Below, in pieces: positions 8,259 through 18,175 of a stretch of 20,000 bases of DNA (the stretch's first letter is position 1; each line of letters opens with the position of its first letter). Both the position numbers and the translations under genes were made by a program. A model generated the notes under the pieces. The model searched no databases. It had not been told where the DNA came from and saw only the letters and a list, made by a program, of their open reading frames with translations. Source of the stretch: Saprolegnia diclina VS20 (Eukaryota); NCBI RefSeq assembly GCF_000281045.1, contig NW_008246086.1, positions 641,223-661,222 on the forward strand. The letters run 5' to 3'.

Positions 8259-10739
8259 ATGCAGCAGAAGCTCATCGAGGGCTTCGTCATCGACCACCTC
8301 GACACGCCTGGGCGCAGTGCCACGCACCGGCCGTCCGTGCGCTACGATGTCAATGGACGGCGCATGATCCCGTCACTGGACATGCCACGGGCCAAGATGC
8401 ATGTACCCAAGCTGCCAAGTCCGCGCACCATAGCACATCCAATTGTCCGCACGACGCCAGCCAAGCGCCTCGTGGGCGCCGCCATTGCCGACTTGGAGAT
8501 CCCGACGCGCCGCGCACAGACCGCGCCCGCCAAGCCCGAAACAACGGCGACAACAACGTTTCCAGCGCTACGCAGCCCGCGCACGGAAGCCATCATTGAC
8601 CCGCAGCTCTTGCCAAACATGTCGAGTCCGCTGGCCACGTGGGCGCTGCCGCGCGAGTACATCATTGAGTTCATTCGGCTCTCGGTGCTGCCGTGCTCAT
8701 GGGCCATGTACGCATCTTCGGTCCTCTAGCGCGCTTCTACAATGTGTCTAGGAACATCAAGTCAATTGGCGAGTGGGTCGTCGCCGAGTCGGATGCGCCG
8801 TCAACACCCACGGACCCGGCAGTGCTGCGCGAGGCGACGTACGAGGATCTCGGGTTGGAGCCAATGCGCAATGCACAATAGGCAGCATCTACTACCGCAC
8901 ATCCAAGTGTCCGAGCGGTCCCCGCGGCAACGTCCTCCGCCACTGGTGTCGCCGCGCCGCCCCCACACGCTGCGGGAGGTGCCATTCGAGGCCAAGTACG
9001 CTGTTCATTTCTTCTTGCTCAGCTCACGGCAGATGGCCTGCAGAGTGCACACGTTGCTCGTTGAGCTCCACGCAAATCCGGATGCGTGGGCAGATTTTCA
9101 GGCATATGAGTCATAACTTATGACGTTGAAGAGCCTGGTCCTGTAGGCCAAAGTCAAGGAGTACGTGGCGTCCAAGCGCCGAGGACGGGTGCGTGCACTG
9201 TCGCTGCTGCGTTGACTCATGGCGTACATACGTAGAACCACGTCGACGTACGCGCCGCCTCGTGGTGTTGGACGAGGATCGATACCTCTGTAGATGATCC
9301 ACGAGAACATTGTGCGCGTCGGCGGTCACCCAAGCGACACTCGGTGCTTTGCGCCCGTGAAGCCGGCTGGCTCATGACGCAATAGGTGCACCAAGCCGAC
9401 GCTGGCGCAGCGACTGCACAAGACGCGCACCAAGTACGAGCTGCAGCTGCAGCGCGAGCACGAGCATCACGTGGAGCTCCTCGACCGCCACACGCGGCAA
9501 GTCAACCAGCAGAAGCGACTTGCTGCCCGCGCCCAGCAGGTCCGGGCGTGGCTCCGCGTGCTCTGCACCGTGGCGCACTTGGAGCGCTGGCACGTGCGCA
9601 CGCGCCAGGAGAAATCCAAGAAGCTTCTGGAGCTGCGCGAGCTCGCGGCGATCTCCAAGATCCAGCGCGTGTGGCGGCGGCGCGTCCACGTCGCCAACTC
9701 GAAAGCGCTCTTGCACATCATCCTCAAGACGCGACGCATTCTCTGGAGTGTCACGTTCCGCGTACAAACACGATCTTGTTGCATACAGTGTACTATGTTA
9801 CAGTGTATTAGATCCACTGCAAGAAGCTCGGCCAGGCCGCGAGCGTGCTGCGCCGCTTTTTCATCGACTATTTCAACGCAACCGACACCGAGTCGGGCAA
9901 CTTTCGCGTGCTCATGGCTCGCTGGCGCTGGCGCGTCATCAACGCGCAGCGGGCGAGCAAGGCGTACATCGCGTGCTCCCGCGCGCGGCTCCATGCGCTC
10001 GGCCAAATGTGGGATCGCGCCGACCACGATCGACAGCGCACCGAGAAGCAGCTGGCGGCGGCGCGATCGGCCGTGGCCGTGGCGGACGCAGCTCCGCCCA
10101 CGTCGCCGCCGCCTCGGCGACGCCCGAACCGGCGCAACCAGGCCGAAGCGCTCGCGGACCTGGGCGCGATGCAGGCGCAACTGTTGGCGATGCAGAGTAT
10201 GCTCACGCCGATTGAGATTCAACGCATGCAGACTGTTCAGGTCGTGCGCATTCCCAAGAGGTACGGTCTCGCGCACGGCAGTCGGCCATGACGCGGTGGT
10301 GCATGATTAGCATCAAGATGCGTCTCCTTGTCGCCTACCTCATGAAGCGGCGGGCGGCCCACATGCGGGACGTCGCTGCGGTCATCGCAAAGGGCGCCTC
10401 CGATGCCAAGGCCAGGTACGCCATGCACCTTGATGACACCGAAGCAAATGGCTCCGTAGGCGTGGCGCTCATACGAAGGACGCGATAGCGCTTGTTCAGA
10501 GCGGCGCATGGCCGACGCTGGGAGCGCTGAGTGAACTGAAGGCCAAGTACCCACCGTTCTCACTCTACTCCAAGCAGACGAACGACGACATCAAGGAACT
10601 CATACAGGAAGGTTTGCGCCTCACGCTCGAGACCGACGCGGATGGCCAGCGACTTGGCAGCGACGGCGCCGAGGTGGTGTCTCCGCCAGGTAGCCGCGGG
10701 CGCGTCGACAGCTTCGTCGTGCGGCCACGCAATGTGTAA
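8259..10739 (+). CDS. Hypothetical basic, helical IQ-motif protein (possible flagellar/calmodulin-binding protein), 11 exons, about 673 aa
   Basis: Exons 8259-8707, 8752-8838, 8882-8995, 9044-9101, 9147-9188, 9236-9247, 9294-9343, 9386-9761, 9812-10260, 10311-10415, 10460-10739 with introns of 42-50 nt, total 2022 nt and in frame to TAA at 10737-10739. IQ-like motifs are AAISKIQRVWRRR and VINAQRASKAY. The intron at 9102-9146 requires a GC donor. Confidence 0.72.
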
Positions 10740-10874
10740 CAGTGGGGGGTCGTAAAAAGGTGGTGTATTACTGATCCACCCGGCATACAAATTGTTAGTA
10801 AATGCACAAGGCGCAGGACTGGGTCCCATTGTGTTAAATCCAAGGGTCCTATGAAATCCACGGAAAGGCGTCGG

Positions 10875-11078
10875 ATTGGTCGAAAGGCTTCGAAAAATAT
10901 AGCCAATGGCGTCGCGCTTCCGTTGGCATACAAACCTTCTCTATAAACGTTGGGCCACGTCACCAGCGTCAAATATAATACAAAAGTCAAATGTCAGATA
11001 CAAATACAGAGTCTAACAACATTAAAAACGAAGGCTGCGGTGGTTGCGGTGCTTCCACTTTGCCATTTTCGGATTTCC
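10875..11078 (+). promoter_or_regulatory. Sec61 alpha promoter: paired CCAAT boxes and INR+FPR core element
   Basis: ATTGG at 10875-10879 and CCAAT at 10903-10907. CCATTTT-CGG-ATTTCC at 11063-11078 fits the oomycete INR (YCAYTYY) plus FPR (WTTTNC) spacing, just upstream of ATG 11093. Confidence 0.55.
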
Positions 11079-11092
11079 GCCATCGAACCAAG

Positions 11093-12517
11093 ATGCGCTT
11101 CCTGCACTTGATCCGCCCGGTCATGTGCGTCCTGCCCGAGGTCGCGCAGCCCGACCGCAAGATCCCGTTCCGCGAGAAGGTCCTCTGGTCGGTCATCACG
11201 CTCTTCATCTTCCTCGTGTGCTGCCAAATCCCGCTCTATGGCATCCAAACCTCCAAGTCGAGCGACCCGCTCTACTGGATGCGTGTCATCTTGGCCTCGA
11301 ACCGTGGCACGCTCATGGAACTCGGTATCTCGCCGATCGTTACGTCGGGCCTCGTCATGCAGATGCTTGCCGGCTCCAAGATGATTGAAGTGGACCAGAG
11401 CTTGAAGGAAGACCGCGCGCTCTTTAGCGGCGCGCAGAAGCTTTTCGGCATCCTCATCACGGTCGGCCAAGCGATTGCGTACGTGGCCTCGGGCATGTAC
11501 GGCGACATTGGCGAGATTGGCGCCGGCAACGCGATCTTGATCATCATCCAGCTCTTCTTTGCCGGTATCCTCGTCATCATCTTGGACGAAATGCTCCAGA
11601 AGGGCTACGGCCTCGGCTCGGGCATCTCGCTCTTCATTGCCACCAACATTTGCGAAAGCATTGTCTGGAAGGCCTTTAGCCCCACGACAATCAACACGGG
11701 CCGTGGCACGGAGTTTGAGGGCGCGATCATTGCGCTCTTCCACCTTTTGATCACGCGCTCGGACAAGATGCGCGCGCTCAAGGAAGCTTTCTACCGCCAG
11801 AACTTGCCGAACGTGACCAACTTGCTCGCGACGATCCTCGTCTTCATTGTCGTCATCTACTTCCAAGGCTTCCGCATCGACCTCCCGGTCAAGTACCAGC
11901 GCTACCGCGGCCAGCAGGGCACGTACCCGATCAAGCTCTTTTACACGTCCAACATGCCCATCATCTTGCAGACGGCGCTCGTCTCCAACTTGTACTTCGT
12001 GTCGCAGCTCCTCTTCAAGAAGTTTGGCGGCAACTTCCTCGTCGGTCTTCTCGGCAAGTGGCAGGACGTCGAAGGCGGCGGCGGCCAGTCGATCCCTGTC
12101 GGCGGTCTGGCTTACTACATGTCGGCGCCGTCGAGCGCGGCCCAGATTCTGTACGACCCGATCCGCGCCGTCATCTACGTGGTCTTTATCCTTGGCTCGT
12201 GCGCGCTCTTCTCCAAGACGTGGATTGAAATCTCGGGCTCGTCGGCTCGCGACGTGGCCAAGCAGCTCCGCGACCAGCAGATGGTCATGAAGGGCCACCG
12301 CGACGCGTCGATCGTGCACGTGCTCAACCGCTACATCCCGACGGCCGCGGCGTTTGGCGGCATGTGCATCGGCGCGCTCTCGATGGTGGCCGACTTTCTG
12401 GGCGCCATCGGCTCGGGCACGGGCATCTTGCTCGCCGTCACGATCATCTACCAGTACTTCGAGACGTTTGCCAAGGAGCAGGCCGACATTCCGCTCAGCG
12501 GTATGTTTGGCCTGTAA
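11093..12517 (+). CDS. SEC61A: Protein transport protein Sec61 subunit alpha (SecY family), intronless, 474 aa
   Basis: Highly conserved sequence: [92 protein letters not shown]. The start is placed at 11093 rather than 10991 because the family N-terminus begins there and the INR/FPR lies just upstream. Confidence 0.98.
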   Translation: MRFLHLIRPVMCVLPEVAQPDRKIPFREKVLWSVITLFIFLVCCQIPLYGIQTSKSSDPLYWMRVILASNRGTLMELGISPIVTSGLVMQMLAGSKMIEVDQSLKEDRALFSGAQKLFGILITVGQAIAYVASGMYGDIGEIGAGNAILIIIQLFFAGILVIILDEMLQKGYGLGSGISLFIATNICESIVWKAFSPTTINTGRGTEFEGAIIALFHLLITRSDKMRALKEAFYRQNLPNVTNLLATILVFIVVIYFQGFRIDLPVKYQRYRGQQGTYPIKLFYTSNMPIILQTALVSNLYFVSQLLFKKFGGNFLVGLLGKWQDVEGGGGQSIPVGGLAYYMSAPSSAAQILYDPIRAVIYVVFILGSCALFSKTWIEISGSSARDVAKQLRDQQMVMKGHRDASIVHVLNRYIPTAAAFGGMCIGALSMVADFLGAIGSGTGILLAVTIIYQYFETFAKEQADIPLSGMFGL

Positions 12518-12865
12518 GCGCCACCGTGTGCGTGCGCGCTGCGTGCTCGTGGCCGCGCCCTCGACGACTCTCTTTTGCTCTTTTCGCCTTTGCCCGCTGC
12601 ACGTCTTGTCAAGGACCTCCCCGTACAAGGGCCGCTCTTAGGCGGCTCCTTGGCCCACCACTTTTAGAATAGCTGGATAGGACCCCGGTGGGTCATGAAC
12701 CGGGCGGCGCCGACGTGAGGGATTGCCCGACACGTTTGCCAGCGACGTGGCGTCGTTGGCGCCGCTCTAGGTGTGCGAGAAGACGGTACCTGGAAACGAA
12801 GAGCAGTAGAAGAACAAGTTGTCGATGACGCTAAACGATCACTCAAGTGCATTTACACTTTGTAC

Positions 12866-12886
12866 TCTTAGCGTCTTAGCGTCTTA
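12866..12886. repeat. Short tandem repeat (TCTTAGCG)x2.6 in the convergent intergenic region
   Basis: tcttagcg tcttagcg tctta. Confidence 0.6.
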
Positions 12887-13076
12887 TAGCCAGACAGTCG
12901 GCAGCTACGGCTAGGTCCCAAGCCCACGTCCGCCTCGTGTTGCTCGACCTTGGGACTCTGGAGTCTCTGCGTCGATGCCAACTCGACGGCAAGTACGCGC
13001 ACACAGATGAGTTATATTGTAGTTGCCGTCTGCAGCGGTTGACTCGAACGACAATATTGTAGCAAACTGCTATATC

Positions 13077-14534
13077 TTAGCGCGCTCGGGCGCGGACGTG
13101 GAGGCCGCCACGCGGAAGCAGTGCGAGACCCAAGGCGTACATGGGACCCTCGTCGTCGCTCTTGGGCGAAAGCACGTCGAGGTGGTAGCGCTGTACGACG
13201 GTGGCCACCACGAGCTTGGTCTGCAGCAGCGCCGCTTGCTGGCCGACGCACGAGCGCACGCCCGCGTTGAAGGTCGGGAGCTCGTACGCGGTCGGGCGCG
13301 TGGCCATGTGCAGCCAGCGCTCGGGTCGAAACTGATCGGCGTCCACCCATCGACTTGGATCGCGGCCCATGACGTACGCCGAGTACTCTAGCATCGCGCC
13401 TTGGGGGACAAACGTGCCGTCCGGAAGCACGTCGTCGGCGACCGCGCACTTGAGCTCAATGGGCACGGGCGGGAAGAGCCGCAGCGTCTCCCGGACGACT
13501 GCGTCCAAGTACCCGCACGCGCCAATCGACTCGTACGAAATAATGATATCCCCAAGCTCCGTGACGAGGGCGGCTTCGACGTGTGGGTGCTTCGCGACGC
13601 AGTAGAGCGCCCAGAGGATGCTGCTGCCGACGGATTCCCTGCCCGCGAGGAACATGCCCATCATCATGTCGCGAATGATGACGTCCGTGATGCTCGCATC
13701 GGTCGCTTGGCGGCGCAAGAGCTCGGCGAGGACGGTGGTCGAAGCGTGCATCGTCGATGACCGGGCGTGTGCGATCGTCTTGTAGCAGAGCGCGTTGATG
13801 CGCGCAATGACGGCGTGGAGGCGGAACTCGCTGGGCATGCACCACTGAAACAAGAGGTACCACGGGTGCGTGAAGCGATAGAAGATGAGCTCGGCGGCCT
13901 CGTGGACAAGGTCGTGCATGACGCGCATGTCGTCGGCGTCCAGCGTCGCGCCAAACGCCATTTCGTAGATGCAGTGCGTCGTCCAGGAGAGCACGAGCGG
14001 CGCGAGGTCCACGCTCTTCTCAGCGTCGATGGTTTGCAGAAGAGGGCCGAGGTGCTTGGTGTACGTGGTCGACGTCCACGCCTTGAGCGCGTTCACCGAA
14101 AAGAGCGATGCGATGAGCTTACGCTGGAAGCGCCAACTCGGGTGACACTCGTTGATGTTGAAGATGCTGCTGCCGAGTAGCTCGTGCAAGACGGTTTCCA
14201 TGAGCAGTGGTTTGATGTAGTTGGCGTGTCGCTTGCTTAAAATATGCTCGAGGTTCGCGGCCGACGACGTAAAGATCGACCCGTTCGTGAGGACGTCGAC
14301 GCGCAAGCAGTACGTGGCGCCGTACGCTATCGTTTGCCGCAGCTTCCAGTCGTAGAGCTCGTGCACATGGCCGGCGATCTGGGCCAAGTTGCCGAGAAAG
14401 AGGCTGCTCGGCGGACCGGGCAGTCGGGAAAGCGCCGAGACCATGGTGCGCTTGTGATGCAGCCAGCGGGCGATGGCGACGAGCGCGTAGACTGCGAGCG
14501 CCAGAAGGATGTAGTGGCCCAGCAAGAGGTCCAT
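13077..14534 (-). CDS. Cytochrome P450, CYP86/94/704-clan-like (fatty-acid hydroxylase-type); intronless, 485 aa
   Basis: N-terminal membrane anchor followed by the Pro-rich hinge LPGPP; I-helix FLAGRES; K-helix ETLRLFPPVP; DDVLPDGTFV; FRPERW; heme motif FNAGVRSCVGQ. Confidence 0.95.
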   Translation of the reverse strand: MDLLLGHYILLALAVYALVAIARWLHHKRTMVSALSRLPGPPSSLFLGNLAQIAGHVHELYDWKLRQTIAYGATYCLRVDVLTNGSIFTSSAANLEHILSKRHANYIKPLLMETVLHELLGSSIFNINECHPSWRFQRKLIASLFSVNALKAWTSTTYTKHLGPLLQTIDAEKSVDLAPLVLSWTTHCIYEMAFGATLDADDMRVMHDLVHEAAELIFYRFTHPWYLLFQWCMPSEFRLHAVIARINALCYKTIAHARSSTMHASTTVLAELLRRQATDASITDVIIRDMMMGMFLAGRESVGSSILWALYCVAKHPHVEAALVTELGDIIISYESIGACGYLDAVVRETLRLFPPVPIELKCAVADDVLPDGTFVPQGAMLEYSAYVMGRDPSRWVDADQFRPERWLHMATRPTAYELPTFNAGVRSCVGQQAALLQTKLVVATVVQRYHLDVLSPKSDDEGPMYALGLALLPRGGLHVRARAR

Positions 14535-15734
14535 TGTCGTCGAGAGAGCGGATATTGACTACTGGATGCAAGGACACTCGGCGTCGTTGGCTTCCGGCGA
14601 GATCGCACACAGTGGTATTCTTGCGATCCCTTTCAGAGGACGCAGCGCGAAACGAGCTTGTGCGAGCAGCTCGCTCGGCTCGTAGCACACGCTGCCATGG
14701 AGCGCAAGACGCCCGAGAGGACGGACAAACGAGCGCCAAGCTTGTCATGCGTTTCGGGCGCTGTTTACGGCGAGCTGCTTTGCACCTCCCACGTACACTG
14801 GCGACATTAGTATCCTAACCAATTGCTACATAAACGTCGTGTCTTGCTCCATCGAGGAGGGTCGGCTCGATAAGCACTCTATGCGCAGGTCATACATATA
14901 TATGGTGGATACTATACCAAGGGCTCGAGTTTTCGCACCATGACCGAGTTGTCAAGATACAATCGGCGCTTGACGTGCAAAGACCGTGCGGCGTTCGCAG
15001 GAGCAACGACCGCTGCGCACTTCGGCCATGTCGTTCGCAAAGCTTCCTATCAGAAGCCTGGACCGTCATGTCACGTAGGGCGAGCCTCATCTCGCGCGGA
15101 TCCGCCGAGTCTCTGCCTGGTTACATCCACTTGCCCGTCTTCGTCAAGCCAAAGCTGTTTGCGGTCTCACCTTGTCTCCACGACCGGTTGGTATCTTTTC
15201 TTCCGCATACTCTCAGATGGTTTTTGCATATCATTTCTGCGTGCAAACCGTCAACCACGAATACTCCTCGACGCCGACGTCGGTGCCGCTTTTAGCCAAG
15301 GACATGGCACATCCGAGGATGAGCCCATCACAAGCAGCGCTGGAAACGCGTTGTCGAGGAACTGCCGTGGTAGGAAATGGCGCTGAAACATGAGCGCAAT
15401 CCTCCCGCTCTTCGTTCGTACTATCAGCATCCGACTTGCAGCAACCCAAAAGGTTGCATCAAGGCTTGAAGCCACCACACACTACGAGTTTGTATGTGGT
15501 TGAGGAAACAGGTGCTTGCGACGGAATCTCGTCCGATGACGTGGCCCCCTGCAATTTGAATACTGTACAATTGCATACCTGTGAAAATACATAGATATCA
15601 TATCGCTTTAATATAGCCTTGTCCCGGTCTAAAACCTGTAAAATATAATAGCCGTTTCAAACGCATTTGCTTGCCTTGTTGAAGTTGGTGCCCAAACTGC
15701 CTTTTGCGAGCGGCCTGCACACGCCCCTTGCACG

Positions 15735-16316
15735 ATGTACTTGCTCTTGCTCGTGTTCCTCCTCCTCACCTCGGTGATGGCCCAAGACGCCATCTGCGCC
15801 GACAAGTTCGACGAGTGCAACTGGCCGCGCGCTGCGTGCTGCAAGGACCCAGGCTTTGTCTGCACCAAGAAGAGCGACAGCTTCTCATTGTGCGAGCCCA
15901 AGCCCAGTGCGCAGCAATGCGCCGCGAACTTTAGCCAGTGCAACGGGCAGGACTGGCCGTTTGGTATCTGCTGCAAGGACAAGCGCTTCGCATGCACCTA
16001 CTACAGCGAACAGCTCTCGCTCTGCGAGCCCAAGCTGGTGGCCACGACGGCAGACAGCGAGCAGTGCGCCGAGAAGTACAGTCAGTGCGACGGCCAGTAT
16101 TGGTCGCTAGGTGTCTGCTGCAAGGACCCGGGCTTTGCGTGCACGAAGAAGACCGCGTACATCTGGCTGTGCGAGCCCGTCGGGCGCAGCGCCTTGGCTC
16201 AATGCGGCGGCGAGAATTACTCGGGCAAGACGACGTGCAAGAAGGGGTCGACTTGCGCCAAGGTGCATGACGCGTACTACCACTGCCAGCCGACGCCCGC
16301 ACGACGTTTGCGATAG
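15735..16316 (+). CDS. Secreted non-catalytic protein with three six-Cys CBM1-like repeats and one canonical CBM1 (fungal-type cellulose-binding domain), 193 aa
   Basis: Signal peptide MYLLLLVFLLLTSVMA. Repeats at 15795-15899, 15918-16031 and 16065-16178 follow CA...(Q/E)C...W...CCKD..F.CT......LCEP. The C-terminal QCGGENYSGKTTCKKGSTCAKVHDAYYHC matches the CBM1 pattern. Confidence 0.88.
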   Translation: MYLLLLVFLLLTSVMAQDAICADKFDECNWPRAACCKDPGFVCTKKSDSFSLCEPKPSAQQCAANFSQCNGQDWPFGICCKDKRFACTYYSEQLSLCEPKLVATTADSEQCAEKYSQCDGQYWSLGVCCKDPGFACTKKTAYIWLCEPVGRSALAQCGGENYSGKTTCKKGSTCAKVHDAYYHCQPTPARRLR

Positions 16317-16733
16317 CATTCGGCATCGACATCGCCACGCCAACAAGGCGCCTTGTCGCTCTCACAGTGCATTTTCCTTGGGCGAAATCTTGATTTATGT
16401 TTGAAACCTGAAGTTTTCGTGAATTGGAAGCACTTGTTCAATCCAACCACCTTCAACTCGGCTTGCCATGTGTCGGACTAACCGATTATCGAGTCGGTTA
16501 GAACCGGTTTCTCAGATAGATGTGAGATGGTTTGTCATCGCTCGCTTCCCACATCGCTTTGGCCGACAACATCTGCAAGGCAATGCTAGCGGCGCGATCT
16601 ACCGCCCAAGTGGATTACAGGCCCCTGCATGCTGTACCGGTACGTTTTTCGGAGCTATTGTACAGATCCTAATCTCATGGGACTAATACACATTGCGGTA
16701 CAGCGCAACAATATCTACATTCAATGCCAACAA

Positions 16734-17105
16734 TTACACGTCCAAGAGGTCCCAGTTGAGGTCCAGCGCCGGCTCGCGCGCCGCGCGTCGGTCCAGCTTG
16801 ACTTCAAGTGCGTCGTAGAAATCGCGCTGCGCGGCCTCGAGGGCGACGAGGCATTGGACGTCGTTGGCCGTGAGCTCGTGCCGCGGCTTGGGCGAGCAGC
16901 GCAGGCGGCTGGGAAAGTTGAGGTACGTGGCAGCCACAAACTTGTAGACGCGCCGCGGTTCGCACTGGAGCGCGTCGGCGAGGAAGTCGCGGAGGCAGCG
17001 GCCATGAGCGTCGACGAGGCCGGTCATGAAGCAGAGGAAGAGCAGGTGGAGGTACGTGGTCTCGGCGGGCGTCCACCGGCCGCTGTTGGGGCACTTGAGC
17101 ACCAT
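16734..17105 (-). CDS. Hypothetical Myb/SANT-like 'GRWT...C(D/E)PxR' family protein, divergent paralogue, 123 aa
   Basis: MVLKCPNSGRWTPAETTYLHLLFLCFMTGLVD...LRDFLADALQCEPRRVYK aligns along its length with the 17687-18175 product. ATG 17105 is preceded by an INR/FPR-like GCATTTACAATTCG and GCC context, which favours it over the ORF-track start at 17216. Confidence 0.8.
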   Translation of the reverse strand: MVLKCPNSGRWTPAETTYLHLLFLCFMTGLVDAHGRCLRDFLADALQCEPRRVYKFVAATYLNFPSRLRCSPKPRHELTANDVQCLVALEAAQRDFYDALEVKLDRRAAREPALDLNWDLLDV

Positions 17106-17686
17106 GGCGCCGAATTGTAAATGCGCCCAGATCCACTCGGAGCTCGCAGAGTATCTGCCCATGCTCTGCGCGAGCACCTGCGGGCGCACCAACATAGCTA
17201 CACACTCGCGCCGCATTGGATACTAGGTACAAAGACCCCTGTGTTCAGGGAATACCCCTGCATTTCACCTTCATCTTCAATGTTTGGCGGAAATTCCCTC
17301 ACTACACACAGAACACTTTGTTGATGATAGAGTTTCGCCAAAGTATCTTGTGGGCGAGCGCGATCTTCACATGGCGAGCGGCGATCATTTATTTCACCGC
17401 TGGGAGGATCCGTATACACGGTACGCACAAGACGACATAGGTCTTGTGATGCTTCGGCCCTTAACGACCGCTTCTAGTACCAACGCTTATCTATAGCTGA
17501 CGCGCTGCGCTTGGCGCTGCATCGCGCTTGTCGGCTTTGGCTTGGACAGCGCCAGCTTGAACCTGTTGCAGCGAGCTATCTTGGCAGATCAGATTCAAAT
17601 CTGTTGCCAACACTCGCGTCAGGCGGATCCTCTGCGACCGCACCGCCCCGAAAACTCCAATAAATCAACTCGTTAGCAATGGTTTC

Positions 17687-18175
17687 TTAGATAGTCCACA
17701 CAGCTTCGGCGCTGCCTCGTAAGAGCAGCATCGCGTGGGCTTCGTGCTGCAGCTCGTGCGTATCGGGCGCACCGTTGAGCTGCTCGGAGAGCGAGAGGTA
17801 CCCGCGCGTGACCCGTGGCGCCGCGTCGCAGCCATCTTTCTTGGCGATTTTGGCTTCAAGCTCGGCGAGGAACTTGTTGCGCGCATCCTTGAGCGCCATG
17901 AGCCGCTCGACGTCGAGCGCCGAGTAGTTTGTGAGCTTGTGGTAGACGCGGCGGTTGAAGTTCGCCTGCAGCCGCGCGTTGGCCAGCATCTTACCCTTCT
18001 TGAGTCGCTTCGTGACGCGCATCGGGTCGCAGCGCAGCTGGCGTGCCACGTATTGCCGCATCGTAAGCCGCTCGGCTTCGTCGTCGCTGTCGTCGAGGAT
18101 GCCCGCGAGGTAACAGCCCACGAGGTGGTCCAGGTACTTTAGCTCTGTTGCCGTCCAGCGTCCCGAGTTGGCCAT
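17687..18175 (-). CDS. Hypothetical Myb/SANT-like 'GRWT...CDPMR' family protein, 162 aa
   Basis: MANSGRWTATELKYLDHLVGCYLAGILD...LTMRQYVARQLRCDPMRVTKRLKKG. From memory it resembles a GKWT..EE.Y...LR.FL...L.CDPMRI.KK motif of uncharacterised stramenopile proteins. An INR/FPR-like GCATTTCGCAATTGG lies just upstream on the minus strand. Confidence 0.85.
   Translation of the reverse strand: MANSGRWTATELKYLDHLVGCYLAGILDDSDDEAERLTMRQYVARQLRCDPMRVTKRLKKGKMLANARLQANFNRRVYHKLTNYSALDVERLMALKDARNKFLAELEAKIAKKDGCDAAPRVTRGYLSLSEQLNGAPDTHELQHEAHAMLLLRGSAEAVWTI

Noticed and set aside
10991..11092. 34-aa N-terminal extension of Sec61 alpha given by the ORF track
   Set aside because: It covers the AT-rich promoter and INR/FPR element; the conserved Sec61 alpha N-terminus starts at ATG 11093.
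10994..12628. 544-aa - strand ORF antisense to Sec61 alpha
   Set aside because: Antisense shadow of a highly biased housekeeping gene, with no domain signal.
15795..16178. Roughly 120-145 bp periodic repeats considered as a CRISPR-like or mobile repeat array
   Set aside because: They are degenerate, in-frame protein-domain repeats within the CBM1 gene, with no identical repeat and spacer structure.
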